Shown here in pieces: positions 56,031-63,915 of a DNA stretch of 64,000 bases. Position 1 is the first letter of the stretch, and each line of letters begins with the position of its first letter. The position numbers were made by a program, and so were the translations under genes. The DNA is taken from positions 64,001 to 128,000 of IMG/VR virus record IMGVR_UViG_3300027852_000032; one strand, 5' to 3'. The notes under the pieces are model-generated. The model saw only the letters and a program-made list of their open reading frames with translations, had not been told where the DNA came from and searched no databases. The stretch comes from a virus (taxonomy: Duplodnaviria; Caudoviricetes).

Positions 56031-57341
56031 TCAATCTCTTGGCTCCCAATCAGAAGTATTGACCCATCCTTCGCTACAGATATTTATCCGAAGGGCAAAA
56101 GAAGTCTCTATCTCCCTAATAAACATCTTGAACAATTTAGAATCAACATCGAAAGCATCTACCTTTATTCCATCAATCCATCCTCTCCACCAATTATCGA
56201 TACAAAGAAGATATTGAGAAAGAAGATTATCAAGAGGATTTATTTTTTCTTTTAATGCCCCTCCGCCATCAATACTGTAATCTACTTTTTCAAGCCATTC
56301 CTGTATCGATACAAATTTTTTAAATAACTTAATTTTGCAAGGGTTATAATTTGGAAGCCATATATCTTTCTTTATAATTTCAAAAACATATTCTTCAAAA
56401 ATATTCTGCCATTCTTCTAAAGTCACAATCTCGATAAACCCATATGGTTGTGTCCTAAATACTCTTGCTCTTGAATAAGGTTTACTTATCAAAGGGAAAC
56501 CTCTTGGGGATAACTTTTCCTCTTTTGATGGAAGTTTGTTTTTTGTTAATAGATCACTTTCTTTTCTGAAGACAATTAAAGGTTGTGCTTCATCAACAAA
56601 CTTATGTAAACCTCTTTGGAGGAAATCTTCTAATGTCCATTTATAGCTCCAAAAATATTCGGGGTTCTTTAAAACTTCTGAGTAATTATGGAACGCTTTA
56701 AATATTTCTTCTTGGTTATAATCTTTTAAAGCTTTCGTTATTGCTGCCTTTTTTTTGGATGTTATCTTTTTATGGGTTATTATCTTTTTTTCGTTCCATT
56801 CTTTAAGAAAATCTATATTTATATTTTTATTAAGAGTATTTAAAGCATTTAAGGTAATAGTACTTAAAGCATTTGTATCAGGGTTCCCCAGACCCTGGAG
56901 AATCCCATGCTCACGTTTTTCCGGAGGGTGGGATTGAGGGAAAAGATTTTCTTTTTTCCACCAGATAAACTTGACATAAACATAATGACCTATGATTTTT
57001 TTTGTTTTTTTATCTCTTATCGTAGAATCCTCAATTAATCCAGTTTTTTTGAGTTCTTTTTTTGCCCTTCTAACTCTTTCTTCTGACCAACGCAACCCTT
57101 TAGCAGTATAAGAAGTAGTCGCTTTCACGCTATTTGTTTCTTGCCATTTTGCAGTATAATAATAAAACCAATATAACGCCATTAAATCGCCTGGACGCTT
57201 GTAAACTTCCCCTTCATCTGGATCATTATTTAACAAGATATCTGATGTCGCTTTACTTATGACCATAGGCTCATTTTGATTATCATACATATCTTTCCGA
57301 ACAACCTCTTCTTTTTTGACAAAATGCTCCCTACGTCTCAT
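56031..57341 (-). CDS. Putative replication initiator / origin-binding protein
   Basis: N-terminal winged HTH (A.GLRWSEERV..AK.EL...GLI), low-complexity linker, C-terminal initiator-like W.LEDFL; lies between primase and helicase. Confidence 0.55.
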   Translation of the reverse strand: MRRREHFVKKEEVVRKDMYDNQNEPMVISKATSDILLNNDPDEGEVYKRPGDLMALYWFYYYTAKWQETNSVKATTSYTAKGLRWSEERVRRAKKELKKTGLIEDSTIRDKKTKKIIGHYVYVKFIWWKKENLFPQSHPPEKREHGILQGLGNPDTNALSTITLNALNTLNKNINIDFLKEWNEKKIITHKKITSKKKAAITKALKDYNQEEIFKAFHNYSEVLKNPEYFWSYKWTLEDFLQRGLHKFVDEAQPLIVFRKESDLLTKNKLPSKEEKLSPRGFPLISKPYSRARVFRTQPYGFIEIVTLEEWQNIFEEYVFEIIKKDIWLPNYNPCKIKLFKKFVSIQEWLEKVDYSIDGGGALKEKINPLDNLLSQYLLCIDNWWRGWIDGIKVDAFDVDSKLFKMFIREIETSFALRINICSEGWVNTSDWEPRD

Positions 57342-57365
57342 TTTATACCCTCCTTTAAGTGCTGA

Positions 57366-58274
57366 TTAGATATTTAACTCTTTCATAATTTCATCCGCAA
57401 TGTTTTGGGGCAAGTCTCCAGGGTCGGTCTCTTTTTTAATAAAAGATAATATTTCTACCTCCATCTTATTGCTGAACCCCCCTGTAAGAATATAACTTAA
57501 TTCCTCTGCTCTCTGTTGTGCTTGTATCTCGGAATCAAAAAAGATAAACGCCAAATCGAAATTTTTTGAAATTAAATTAGCTTGCTGTTTTGTGAATGAT
57601 ATCCCAAAAACCCCAATACATCCGATACCCATTCGCCATACATCCGTTATTCCTTCTGTTATCAAGCATTTTCGAGAATGAGAGGCAGCTTGATCAAGTC
57701 CGTAAACACAATTTTGATGAGGGATTACCTCGTCTTCTTGTTTACATGCAAGATATTTTTGAGGATGGTTCCCTGTAATATCTCTGGATTGATAAGATAC
57801 TAATCTGTTATTTTGATAAATGGGAGCAAGAATTCTATTCTTATAGAGTCCTACATGTTTAGTTGATGAAATCCCCCAAAGACGGGCAAGTTTATCTGCA
57901 TCAAACTTTCTTCCAGCAAGATACCTTCTTGCTTTCTGGGATAATGGTTCGTGATCAGGAAGACGAATTTTATTTTTGCGAACTATTTTTTTATCTTGGA
58001 ATGCTTTATCAACAGAAGAGTATTTTTTTAGAATTTCCTTTACAGTCTGATAATTTTGACCTGTTAACTTTTGGATTGTTTTTGAAAGAGAGGAAAAGCC
58101 GCACCTATGGCAATTATAATATCCTTTTTGAATGTTGAATCCTCCATGGTACCCCGAATGACCAGAACATCCCATTTGGCAAACGATATTAACCCATCCG
58201 GGGCGATAATGTTTCCCCCCTTTAGAATAATCAATATTATAATCTTGGCAAAATTTCAGAGCGTTAAATGACAT
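57366..58274 (-). CDS. DNA primase (zinc finger plus TOPRIM)
   Basis: C...C/CHRC zinc site, YLAGRK, YQSR, TEGITD, FDSE, DPGD. Confidence 0.88.
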   Translation of the reverse strand: MSFNALKFCQDYNIDYSKGGKHYRPGWVNIVCQMGCSGHSGYHGGFNIQKGYYNCHRCGFSSLSKTIQKLTGQNYQTVKEILKKYSSVDKAFQDKKIVRKNKIRLPDHEPLSQKARRYLAGRKFDADKLARLWGISSTKHVGLYKNRILAPIYQNNRLVSYQSRDITGNHPQKYLACKQEDEVIPHQNCVYGLDQAASHSRKCLITEGITDVWRMGIGCIGVFGISFTKQQANLISKNFDLAFIFFDSEIQAQQRAEELSYILTGGFSNKMEVEILSFIKKETDPGDLPQNIADEIMKELNI

Positions 58275-58497
58275 TTTTTTTCCTATTAAACCGGAGAGAG
58301 CTCTCTTCTTTTTTCTTTTTATATGAAGAAGAAATATAAACGTTCCCCTCTTCGTTTATTCTACTGCCATCTATATCGACAACATTTTCATTACTCATCC
58401 AGGGTCTATATTTAAAATCTTTTATCATTTTAATAGCGATACCAAACGAAGCGGCGTTATATTCTTTTTCTAAAATTCCGGGTTTTTTCTTGCTCAT
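58264..58497 (-). CDS. Hypothetical protein
   Basis: 77 aa with AAGGAG RBS. Confidence 0.55.
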   Translation of the reverse strand: MSKKKPGILEKEYNAASFGIAIKMIKDFKYRPWMSNENVVDIDGSRINEEGNVYISSSYKKKKEESSLRFNRKKNVI

Positions 58498-58529
58498 GAT
58501 TTTTCTCCTTCTGTATGTTTGATAATCGG

Positions 58530-58628
58530 TTTTAAGCCCCTTTAATTTAGAAAGGAGTACGATGACATTGACTCGTTATAGATCGTTTCGCCTTGGTAGT
58601 AGATCTTTAGCGAGGTAGGTGTTTATTT
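58530..58628 (-). repeat. Dispersed ~100-nt repeat, copy C (inverted)
   Basis: Reverse complement reads ACCTCGCTAAAGATCTACTA...GATCTATAACGAGTCAATGTCATCGTAC...AAATTAAAGGGGCTT. Confidence 0.9.
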
Positions 58629-58630
58629 TG

Positions 58631-58677
58631 TTTCTTCCTCCTTGGGAATAGCTGTTATTTACCCCAAGGAGGAGAAA
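58631..58677. terminator. Strong hairpin / probable terminator
   Basis: TCCTCCTTGGG...CCCAAGGAGGA stem right after the stop of 58679..59122. Confidence 0.55.
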
Positions 58678-58678
58678 A

Positions 58679-59122
58679 CTACTTTAATTTACATATCATC
58701 CGGAAATGAAGACATTGTATATTGTAACCCCCTGCATAAATAAATTCATAAGAAAAATGTTTTATTCCGTTTATTAACCATTCAGCGCTCATTTCATCAA
58801 AATGGAGTAATTCAATAGTATCGATTTTAACCCCTTTTAATTTTTTATACGCCGCTTTTTCAGCGCTTAGAAATTTGGCATCGGCGTCTTTTTTAATCTT
58901 TGCTTTTAGATCACTTTTTGATTTATGAAAATACTGAGACATTGATTTGGTATACCCTCTCTCTTTTTTCAAAGCATCCGCCTCATAAGCATTTTTAGTA
59001 ATATGATAAACCTCAGATGTACAATATTTCTCCATTTTTTTTATGAAATTAAATTTTGCTGCCGCATACTTTTCAAGAATTGGAGTGACTGTTTCTTTTA
59101 ATTTGTTTATTATTTCTTCCAT
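58679..59122 (-). CDS. Hypothetical early protein
   Basis: IYAGGYNIQCLHFR C-terminal motif common in phage early proteins; has its own promoter. Confidence 0.7.
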   Translation of the reverse strand: MEEIINKLKETVTPILEKYAAAKFNFIKKMEKYCTSEVYHITKNAYEADALKKERGYTKSMSQYFHKSKSDLKAKIKKDADAKFLSAEKAAYKKLKGVKIDTIELLHFDEMSAEWLINGIKHFSYEFIYAGGYNIQCLHFRMICKLK

Positions 59123-59155
59123 TTTCCCTCCTTAATTAAATTAAATGTTATAAAC

Positions 59156-59236
59156 AATATAAACAATATAAATAATATGGTCAACCTCAGTTATAGATGA
59201 TTATAGATGATTATAGATGATTATAGATGGCTATAA
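59156..59236 (-). promoter_or_regulatory. Sigma70-type promoter with upstream decamer repeats
   Basis: TTGACC-17-TATATT; TTATAGATGA x3-4 upstream. Confidence 0.8.
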
Positions 59237-59260
59237 AGACATTTATCTTTTTTACATAGT

Positions 59261-60946
59261 TTATCTAAAAAGTTCTTTATTTTTCATTTGATCAATTAAA
59301 TCAGAAAGAACCGTACCCTCGGAAACAGCCTTTCCTTCTAATATATTTGATAAGACCTTTTGTTTTTTACTGATGATGTCAGCTATATCTTCTTCAATTG
59401 TGTTACTTGCTACTAAATACCAGATATTAACACTATTTGATTTCTGGCCTATTCTATGCACTCTGTCTTCAGCTTGTTCTAATTCTCCCGGAGCCCATGG
59501 AAATTCTAAAAAACAGACGTTTGACGAAGCAGTCAAGGTAATCCCTACTCCAGCGGCTTTAATATTCCCTATAAACAATTTAACCCAAGGGTCGTTTTGA
59601 AAATCGTCAACTGCTTTTTGACGAATACGACTTGGAGTTGATCCGTCAATCTTAACCGCTATATGGCTGAAGTTATCCATTAAAGAATCAATTACTTTTT
59701 TATGAGAACAAAAAACAATTAATTTTTGATCTGATTCTACAAAATCATTAATCCATCTTATAGATTGTTTCATTTTTCCATCTACGGCAAGCTGCTTTAA
59801 TTTCTCAAAGGCAACTAATGATTTTGCTTTTTTTGCTTTTTTTGCTTCTTCCTCCCCTTCGTTTTCTTTAATCCATTTGATAATATCTTTTTCAGCTGAC
59901 TTATATTTCTTTGAATTATCAATTTCAAGAGAGATAACAGTCTTTGTTTTTGCAGGTAACTCCTTTAAAACGTCCTCTTTTTTTCGTCTAATCATAATTG
60001 TTTTGGTCAATATTTCGTGCAACTCTTGTGTATTTGTGGCTCCTGTAAAGTCCCACCCCCATCCATTATTCTTTGCTCCGCAATATCTATGAGCAAATTT
60101 CCATCGACTGGGGAAAAGCTTAGGGTCAATAATTTTAATTATATTGAAAAATTCAATCGGCCGGTTAACAATCGGCGTTCCTGATAAAGCTATTACCTTG
60201 TCTATCTTTTTGCAAATCTTGATAACGGATTTTGTACGTTTAGCTTTGGAGTTTTTGCAATAATGACATTCATCCAAAATAACCGCTTTGAAATTATGAC
60301 TCAGTATTCTTTTTTCTTGCTTCAACAAAATATCATAATTAATAATGACTATATCCCCATGTAAAGGGATATCTATTATTTTTGTTGAAGCACCCGAACA
60401 AATCTGGACGTTTGTATTTTCTAAAGAATCAGACATCCATTTATTTATTTCCTTTTTCCAATTGAGCTTCAAACTTGCGGGAACAATGATTAAGGCTGGC
60501 CTTAATTCAAGATGCTTCTGGAGATATGCTAAGGCTTGCGCGGTTTTCCCCAAGCCCATATCGTCTCCAATAAGAGCCCTCCCATCTTTATTTTCAATAA
60601 AAGAAACCCCTGTTTTTTGATAAGCGTATAATTCCTTTTTAAGCCCAAAAATTTTAAATTCGTTGGGTTTATTGGGTTTATTGGGTTTATTGGGAGCGAA
60701 CTTCTCTTTCATAAGTTGATTGATATATTTGGGCATTGATCTTTTTATATAGGCGATTTGTTTTTTCGACAAAGACTTTTTATTCAAGATCTGCTTTACT
60801 ATATCTGACATGAGCTTCTCGTCGATTAAAGTAAAGCCGTTGTTAATGGTTCTTCCTGAATTTTTCTTAGAGTGAATTTTTAGAAGAGATGCGATCGCCC
60901 ATTCATCATTTGTTTTAATTAATTTTATTAATTCTTCTTTTTTCAT
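59261..60946 (-). CDS. SNF2-family (HARP/SMARCAL1-like) helicase
   Basis: GDDMGLGKT, DECH, LSGTP, G.GITLT, QAEDRVHRIGQ. Confidence 0.93.
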   Translation of the reverse strand: MKKEELIKLIKTNDEWAIASLLKIHSKKNSGRTINNGFTLIDEKLMSDIVKQILNKKSLSKKQIAYIKRSMPKYINQLMKEKFAPNKPNKPNKPNEFKIFGLKKELYAYQKTGVSFIENKDGRALIGDDMGLGKTAQALAYLQKHLELRPALIIVPASLKLNWKKEINKWMSDSLENTNVQICSGASTKIIDIPLHGDIVIINYDILLKQEKRILSHNFKAVILDECHYCKNSKAKRTKSVIKICKKIDKVIALSGTPIVNRPIEFFNIIKIIDPKLFPSRWKFAHRYCGAKNNGWGWDFTGATNTQELHEILTKTIMIRRKKEDVLKELPAKTKTVISLEIDNSKKYKSAEKDIIKWIKENEGEEEAKKAKKAKSLVAFEKLKQLAVDGKMKQSIRWINDFVESDQKLIVFCSHKKVIDSLMDNFSHIAVKIDGSTPSRIRQKAVDDFQNDPWVKLFIGNIKAAGVGITLTASSNVCFLEFPWAPGELEQAEDRVHRIGQKSNSVNIWYLVASNTIEEDIADIISKKQKVLSNILEGKAVSEGTVLSDLIDQMKNKELFR

Positions 60947-60955
60947 TTTTACCCT

Positions 60956-61453
60956 TTATAAAATTTGGCTGATTTCTTTAAAAGCTTTTGTAATGGCGGG
61001 GATTTTCCATCCTTTAAGACGAAGGTACCCAGACAATTGATGTTTGTTTAAAGTAGATTTAGGGAGCATATCCACTAAATCTAAAGGAGCGTGAAGAACT
61101 GTTTCTATAATTTCTTTTGCCTCTTGGGATAAATTTTTAATCTTATCTGAAAAAATACATCTATCTTCCTGAGAAGGAGGGTGTATAGGTTCCCATTCTT
61201 CAATCCCGACAATCTCCGCCTTATATTTTGAACATCTTGATTTGATACACATATTTTGCAGATGGTTTTTAATAGCTGTATAGAGGTAGGTTGAAAACTT
61301 TCCTTTTTCTTCTTTAAAATTATGCTGGCATTCAACAAACTGTAGATTTGCTTCCGCTACTAACTCTTCTAATTCAATACCTGTAATTCTATTATATTTC
61401 CATGCTAATTTCAGTATTAATTTTTCGTAATCTGCATAATTTTTATATTCCAT
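60956..61453 (-). CDS. Phage RNA polymerase sigma factor (sigma70 region 2-like)
   Basis: LI.KLAWKY, EELVAEA, F.EEKGKFSTYLY..IKN. Confidence 0.75.
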   Translation of the reverse strand: MEYKNYADYEKLILKLAWKYNRITGIELEELVAEANLQFVECQHNFKEEKGKFSTYLYTAIKNHLQNMCIKSRCSKYKAEIVGIEEWEPIHPPSQEDRCIFSDKIKNLSQEAKEIIETVLHAPLDLVDMLPKSTLNKHQLSGYLRLKGWKIPAITKAFKEISQIL

Positions 61454-61510
61454 TTTATTTCCACTCCCTTTTAAATTAAATTAAATTAAATTAAATTAAA
61501 AACTATAAGT

Positions 61511-61580
61511 AATATAAAAGATATAAAGGGTATCGTCAACCCCGACCATAGATAGTTATAGATAGTTATAGATAGTTATG
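61511..61580 (-). promoter_or_regulatory. Sigma70-type promoter with upstream decamer repeats (drives the sigma gene)
   Basis: TTGACG-17-TATATT; ATAGATAGTT x3 upstream. Confidence 0.8.
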
Positions 61581-61734
61581 AGGATTAAGGAAAACAAATA
61601 GACTTTTTTCTTATATTATTTAAAAAGTTCGTTTATTTACCGTTGTTTTCAACAAAACTTAACAAAACTTAATGAAATTTATTAAAATTTGTTAAAAAAA
61701 GTAGATGTATCTTGTATAATAAAGCATTAAGCAA

Positions 61735-61775
61735 AAACATTAGTCAAACATTAGTCAAACATTAGTCAAACATTA
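61735..61775. repeat. 11-bp tandem repeat AAACATTAGTC x3+
   Basis: Directly visible in the leader of the first + strand gene. Confidence 0.9.
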
Positions 61776-61798
61776 ACCAAGTAAAAAAGGAAAATAAA

Positions 61799-62080
61799 AT
61801 GGACGCGAACACTTATAAGGAAAAATCAAAAGAGCTTAAAGAAAAATACAGAAAAGACAAAAGAGTTCTCGATAAACATTATGCTTTGTCAAATAGTGAA
61901 GTAAAGATCGGAGACTTTATCGATAACGGCCGATGGAGAATTAAGGTTGCCCAAATACTTCTTTGTTATTTTACAGATACCCCAGAATGCGCTTACAAAG
62001 GAAAGAGGTACACCAAGGAAATGAGAGAATTCAAAACAGGCGAAACAGCGGTAATTTACCAACACGAAAAGTTGGTATGA
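61799..62080 (+). CDS. Hypothetical protein
   Basis: 93 aa with AAGGA RBS; first gene of the divergent arm. Confidence 0.65.
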   Translation: MDANTYKEKSKELKEKYRKDKRVLDKHYALSNSEVKIGDFIDNGRWRIKVAQILLCYFTDTPECAYKGKRYTKEMREFKTGETAVIYQHEKLV

Positions 62081-62091
62081 TCCAATAGTCA

Positions 62092-62235
62092 GTCACGGCT
62101 ACTCCTTTACGCTTTTCCCCGCGGATATTTAAGCGTAGCAAACAAAACCCCTTTACGACTCTTCCGTTAGCCGTGACATTTCATTTATTGCGGAAGGATG
62201 CTGGCGCATCAGCAAAGGGGAGCGGGGTTCAACCC
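62092..62235. ncRNA. Candidate structured RNA with crossing helices (pseudoknots)
   Basis: Six perfect complementary segment pairs in a GC-rich intergenic stretch (see findings); strand and family unknown. Confidence 0.5.
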
Positions 62236-62266
62236 ATAATATCTATATGAACAAGGAGAGTGAATT

Positions 62267-62887
62267 GTGACAAACATAGTCAGTTTCAGCGGAGGAAAAG
62301 ATTCGACAGCCATGCTTTTAATGATGCTTGAGAAAAAAGAAAAAATTCACTCTGCTGTTCATTTTGAAACAGAAAGAGAGTTTCCTGAAATACTTTCTCA
62401 TATAGAAAAAATAACAAAGGAAGTAGACGTAAAAATCCAAAAGGTGAGATATTGGATAGATTTCGACTTTCTTGAAGACAGGTATGGAAGACCGCATCCG
62501 TCAGGTGGATGGTGCGCTGCGAGAAAGGCGAATGAGTGCAACAAGTATATGAGGTTAATGGTAAAAGATAATCCTAAGGCCGTCGAGTGCATAGGATTCG
62601 CATCAGATGAAAGAAATAGAGCTGAAAAATTATTGCTCTCGAAAAGTAAAAAATGGCCTCTTCGATTTCCATTAATCGAATGGGAAATAACCGAAAAAAT
62701 GGCTTTGGAATATTGCTACGACAAAGGTTATCTTTTCGATAACATTTATGATTGGATGCCGTCCAAACGGGTCAGCTGTTATGATTGCGTCAAACAGTCT
62801 GAAGCAGATTGGAACGCCATAAAGAAGTATCACCCTGAATTGTTAAAAGGTAAAAAATACATAGATTTCAAAAGGAAAAATAAATAA
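62267..62887 (+). CDS. PAPS-reductase-family (PP-loop) protein
   Basis: SFSGGKDS, GWC, GF..DE..R, RFPLIEW, RVSCYDC. Confidence 0.8.
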   Translation: MTNIVSFSGGKDSTAMLLMMLEKKEKIHSAVHFETEREFPEILSHIEKITKEVDVKIQKVRYWIDFDFLEDRYGRPHPSGGWCAARKANECNKYMRLMVKDNPKAVECIGFASDERNRAEKLLLSKSKKWPLRFPLIEWEITEKMALEYCYDKGYLFDNIYDWMPSKRVSCYDCVKQSEADWNAIKKYHPELLKGKKYIDFKRKNK

Positions 62888-63060
62888 AATAACAAAACCT
62901 TCTATTGTGCATGGCGAGACCTGCGTCAAGGCGCCCATATAAACGAAGGTTATTTACACATGGTTGTTTGTATTGTGAGAGGTGTCATCGGGCAATATAA
63001 TTAAAACAACCAATAGAGCGAAATTTTTATTAACGAAAACAATCAAAAAGAAGGAGCATT

Positions 63061-63396
63061 ATGTCTAAAAGAAAACCTACTGCAAAAAAAGAAAAAACAA
63101 AACCAGCCCCCAGTCTCGTATCCAAAAAAGAATTTATAGCAAAAATTCAGTTGAAATTGTCTCTGGATAATTTAGGGCAAGCGGAAGAGGTTCTCGACGC
63201 TATTAATGAAATAATGGTGAAAGCTATGATAGAGGGGAGATGTATCTCTCTTTCTAAAATCGGAAGATTTTCTACAAAAAACAGGCCCGCCAGGAAAGGA
63301 AGAAACCCCCGGTCAGGAGAAACAATTGACATCGCTGCAAAAAATACCCCTGTTTTTAAACCTTGTTTATTTTTAAAAGAAATTATAAATGAATGA
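63061..63396 (+). CDS. HU/IHF-family DNA-binding protein
   Basis: IGRF....RPARKGRNPRSGETI.I......VFKP. Confidence 0.92.
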   Translation: MSKRKPTAKKEKTKPAPSLVSKKEFIAKIQLKLSLDNLGQAEEVLDAINEIMVKAMIEGRCISLSKIGRFSTKNRPARKGRNPRSGETIDIAAKNTPVFKPCLFLKEIINE

Positions 63397-63508
63397 AGAA
63401 AATGAAGAAAATGAAGAGAATGAAGAAAATGAAGAGGTAGAGTTAATGCCCGATTTTTCCTTACCTATCGCAGGATTATCGGAAATCATAAAAAAATTAA
63501 AAAAATAA
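63389..63508 (+). CDS. Small ORF with (NEE)5 repeat
   Basis: Manual read MNEENEENEENEENEEVELMPDF...; fills the gap between HU and the next gene. Confidence 0.35.
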   Translation: MNEENEENEENEENEEVELMPDFSLPIAGLSEIIKKLKK

Positions 63509-63510
63509 AT

Positions 63511-63915
63511 ATGAGAAATTCTAGGCCAAGTTATTTAGTGAAATGTCCTGATTGCCTGCAAGAAAGATCAATTTCTTATGCAATATACAGAAGGGTAACT
63601 ATAGGGGAGCTTTCAGGTCGTTGCTTAAAATGCGGAATCAAATATAGAGACAAGAAAAAGTTACTCAATATAAAAGAAGAAATAAGTGAACCTTATATCC
63701 GTCTACACGGATGTAAAATTTTTAAACACCCCCCGATGTTTTCTTCAAAAAGATGCGACCATTTTTTTGAATGCGTACATCGCAAAGATTGTCTTAATAC
63801 GATAGCATTAAAAAAATGGGCAGGTTTTTTATCTGATAGCAAAGGTTTTGAAGAGGGAAGGAAATCTGAAATAAAAGGAGACTCATTTAATGGAAATAGA
63901 AGAATCTCAGATTAA
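63511..63915 (+). CDS. Zinc-finger hypothetical protein
   Basis: CPDC...C..C plus a second Cys cluster. Confidence 0.65.
   Translation: MRNSRPSYLVKCPDCLQERSISYAIYRRVTIGELSGRCLKCGIKYRDKKKLLNIKEEISEPYIRLHGCKIFKHPPMFSSKRCDHFFECVHRKDCLNTIALKKWAGFLSDSKGFEEGRKSEIKGDSFNGNRRISD

Noticed and set aside
62081-62260. tRNA gene
   Set aside because: GGTTCAA resembles a T-loop, but no cloverleaf with acceptor stem and anticodon arm can be built.
62890-62955. Integron attC site
   Set aside because: TAAC...GTTA ends are present, but the R/L box spacing does not fit and no integron integrase is seen.
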